Origin: Bispira polyomma
Lineage: Eukaryota
Reading direction: 5' to 3'
NCBI GenBank assembly: GCA_965649765.1
Contig: OZ287750.1
Coordinates: forward strand, 13,764,001 to 13,828,000
DNA: 64,000 bases
Made by a program: the position numbers and the translations under genes. Shown piece after piece: positions 63,339 through 64,000 of this stretch. Within the stretch, counting starts at the first letter, position 1, and every line of letters starts with the position of its first letter. Below the pieces are notes generated by a model that saw only the letters and a list, made by a program, of their open reading frames with translations, did no database searches and was not told the origin of the DNA.

Positions 63339-63566
63339 ACAGAATATAAGCTGTTTGTGAGGGCCATACTTGCACTCTTGGTCAGCCCAATATGGCTGGA
63401 GGGCCGTCAGAAACAGCTTTTATTCGGTTTATAATACCGAAGCATATTTCAGAATTTTCAGAAGGCCATATCAAATTTTCAGAGGGCCATATAAGGTTTT
63501 ACGTTATGTCACATGATTGCATTTTAACCAATAGGATTGCTGGATTCGCCGCTTAAGTATAATAAT
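63339..63566 (-). mobile_element. internally deleted copy of the 51228-51772 element
   Basis: Reverse complement shares gcggcgaatccagc..cctattggttaaaatgcaa..gtgacata, atgcttcggtat and the hairpin. Confidence 0.65.
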
Positions 63567-64000
63567 TTGTGCTACGAGTCACTCGTACAAAGCATTAGCA
63601 AGATGTATAGCAATATTTGTGACAAACAATACATTCCTAGGATAAGATAAACTGGTCCATAAAATATTTCAAAAGATAAAGTGGGGGGGGGGGGGGAGGG
63701 CGGTGTCTGTTGCACGGTCAGTAGTACATATACAATTGGTTATTACATTCTAAACTTACATCCTAAAAAATACTTAATTGTCACTTGATTTCTACAGATA
63801 TGAAACATTGAAAAAATAAATGCAAAATGTTTCTTGTTAGACAACAGGGCTACATTTACCTTCTATTATTATACATAATACATATACATAAGTGAGATAT
63901 ACATGTATATACAAGACATTGCCATCTGTAACATTTGTATCGGGCATATTGTCAAATCAATACAGTAAAAATAACAATATTGTCTAAAATCATTATAATT

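Overview
AT-rich eukaryotic genomic DNA (repeat families suggest a lophotrochozoan, probably a mollusc; this is inference) with one N gap at 52008-52171. The only protein-coding gene I can support is on the minus strand. I assembled it by hand from GT-AG junctions: join complement(23200..23296, 11674..11970, 10372..10743, 6005..6157, 4278..4334, 3616..3703, 2112..2715), 1668 nt, 555 aa plus stop, in frame throughout. It encodes a type I membrane protein: signal peptide, SUEL/Gal-lectin-like domain, CUB-like domain, CCP/sushi-like Cys module, S/T stalk, TM helix and a ~200-aa Tyr-motif-bearing tail. I recognise no gene symbol, and it is the best candidate for an uncharacterised system here. The rest is introns and a ~36 kb region with no supportable gene, rich in mobile DNA: several tRNA-derived SINE families (including a triple-nested cluster), two L2 LINE relics, Harbinger-, Kolobok- and Tc1-like MITEs, Helentron-like (HINE) elements and a 2-kb foldback element. 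It also holds a 4.4-kb 44-bp satellite with a 1848-bp higher-order duplication, several minisatellites, an exon-end tandem repeat carrying extra splice donors, and a perfect 33-bp hairpin. I found no CRISPR array, rRNA or convincing tRNA gene.
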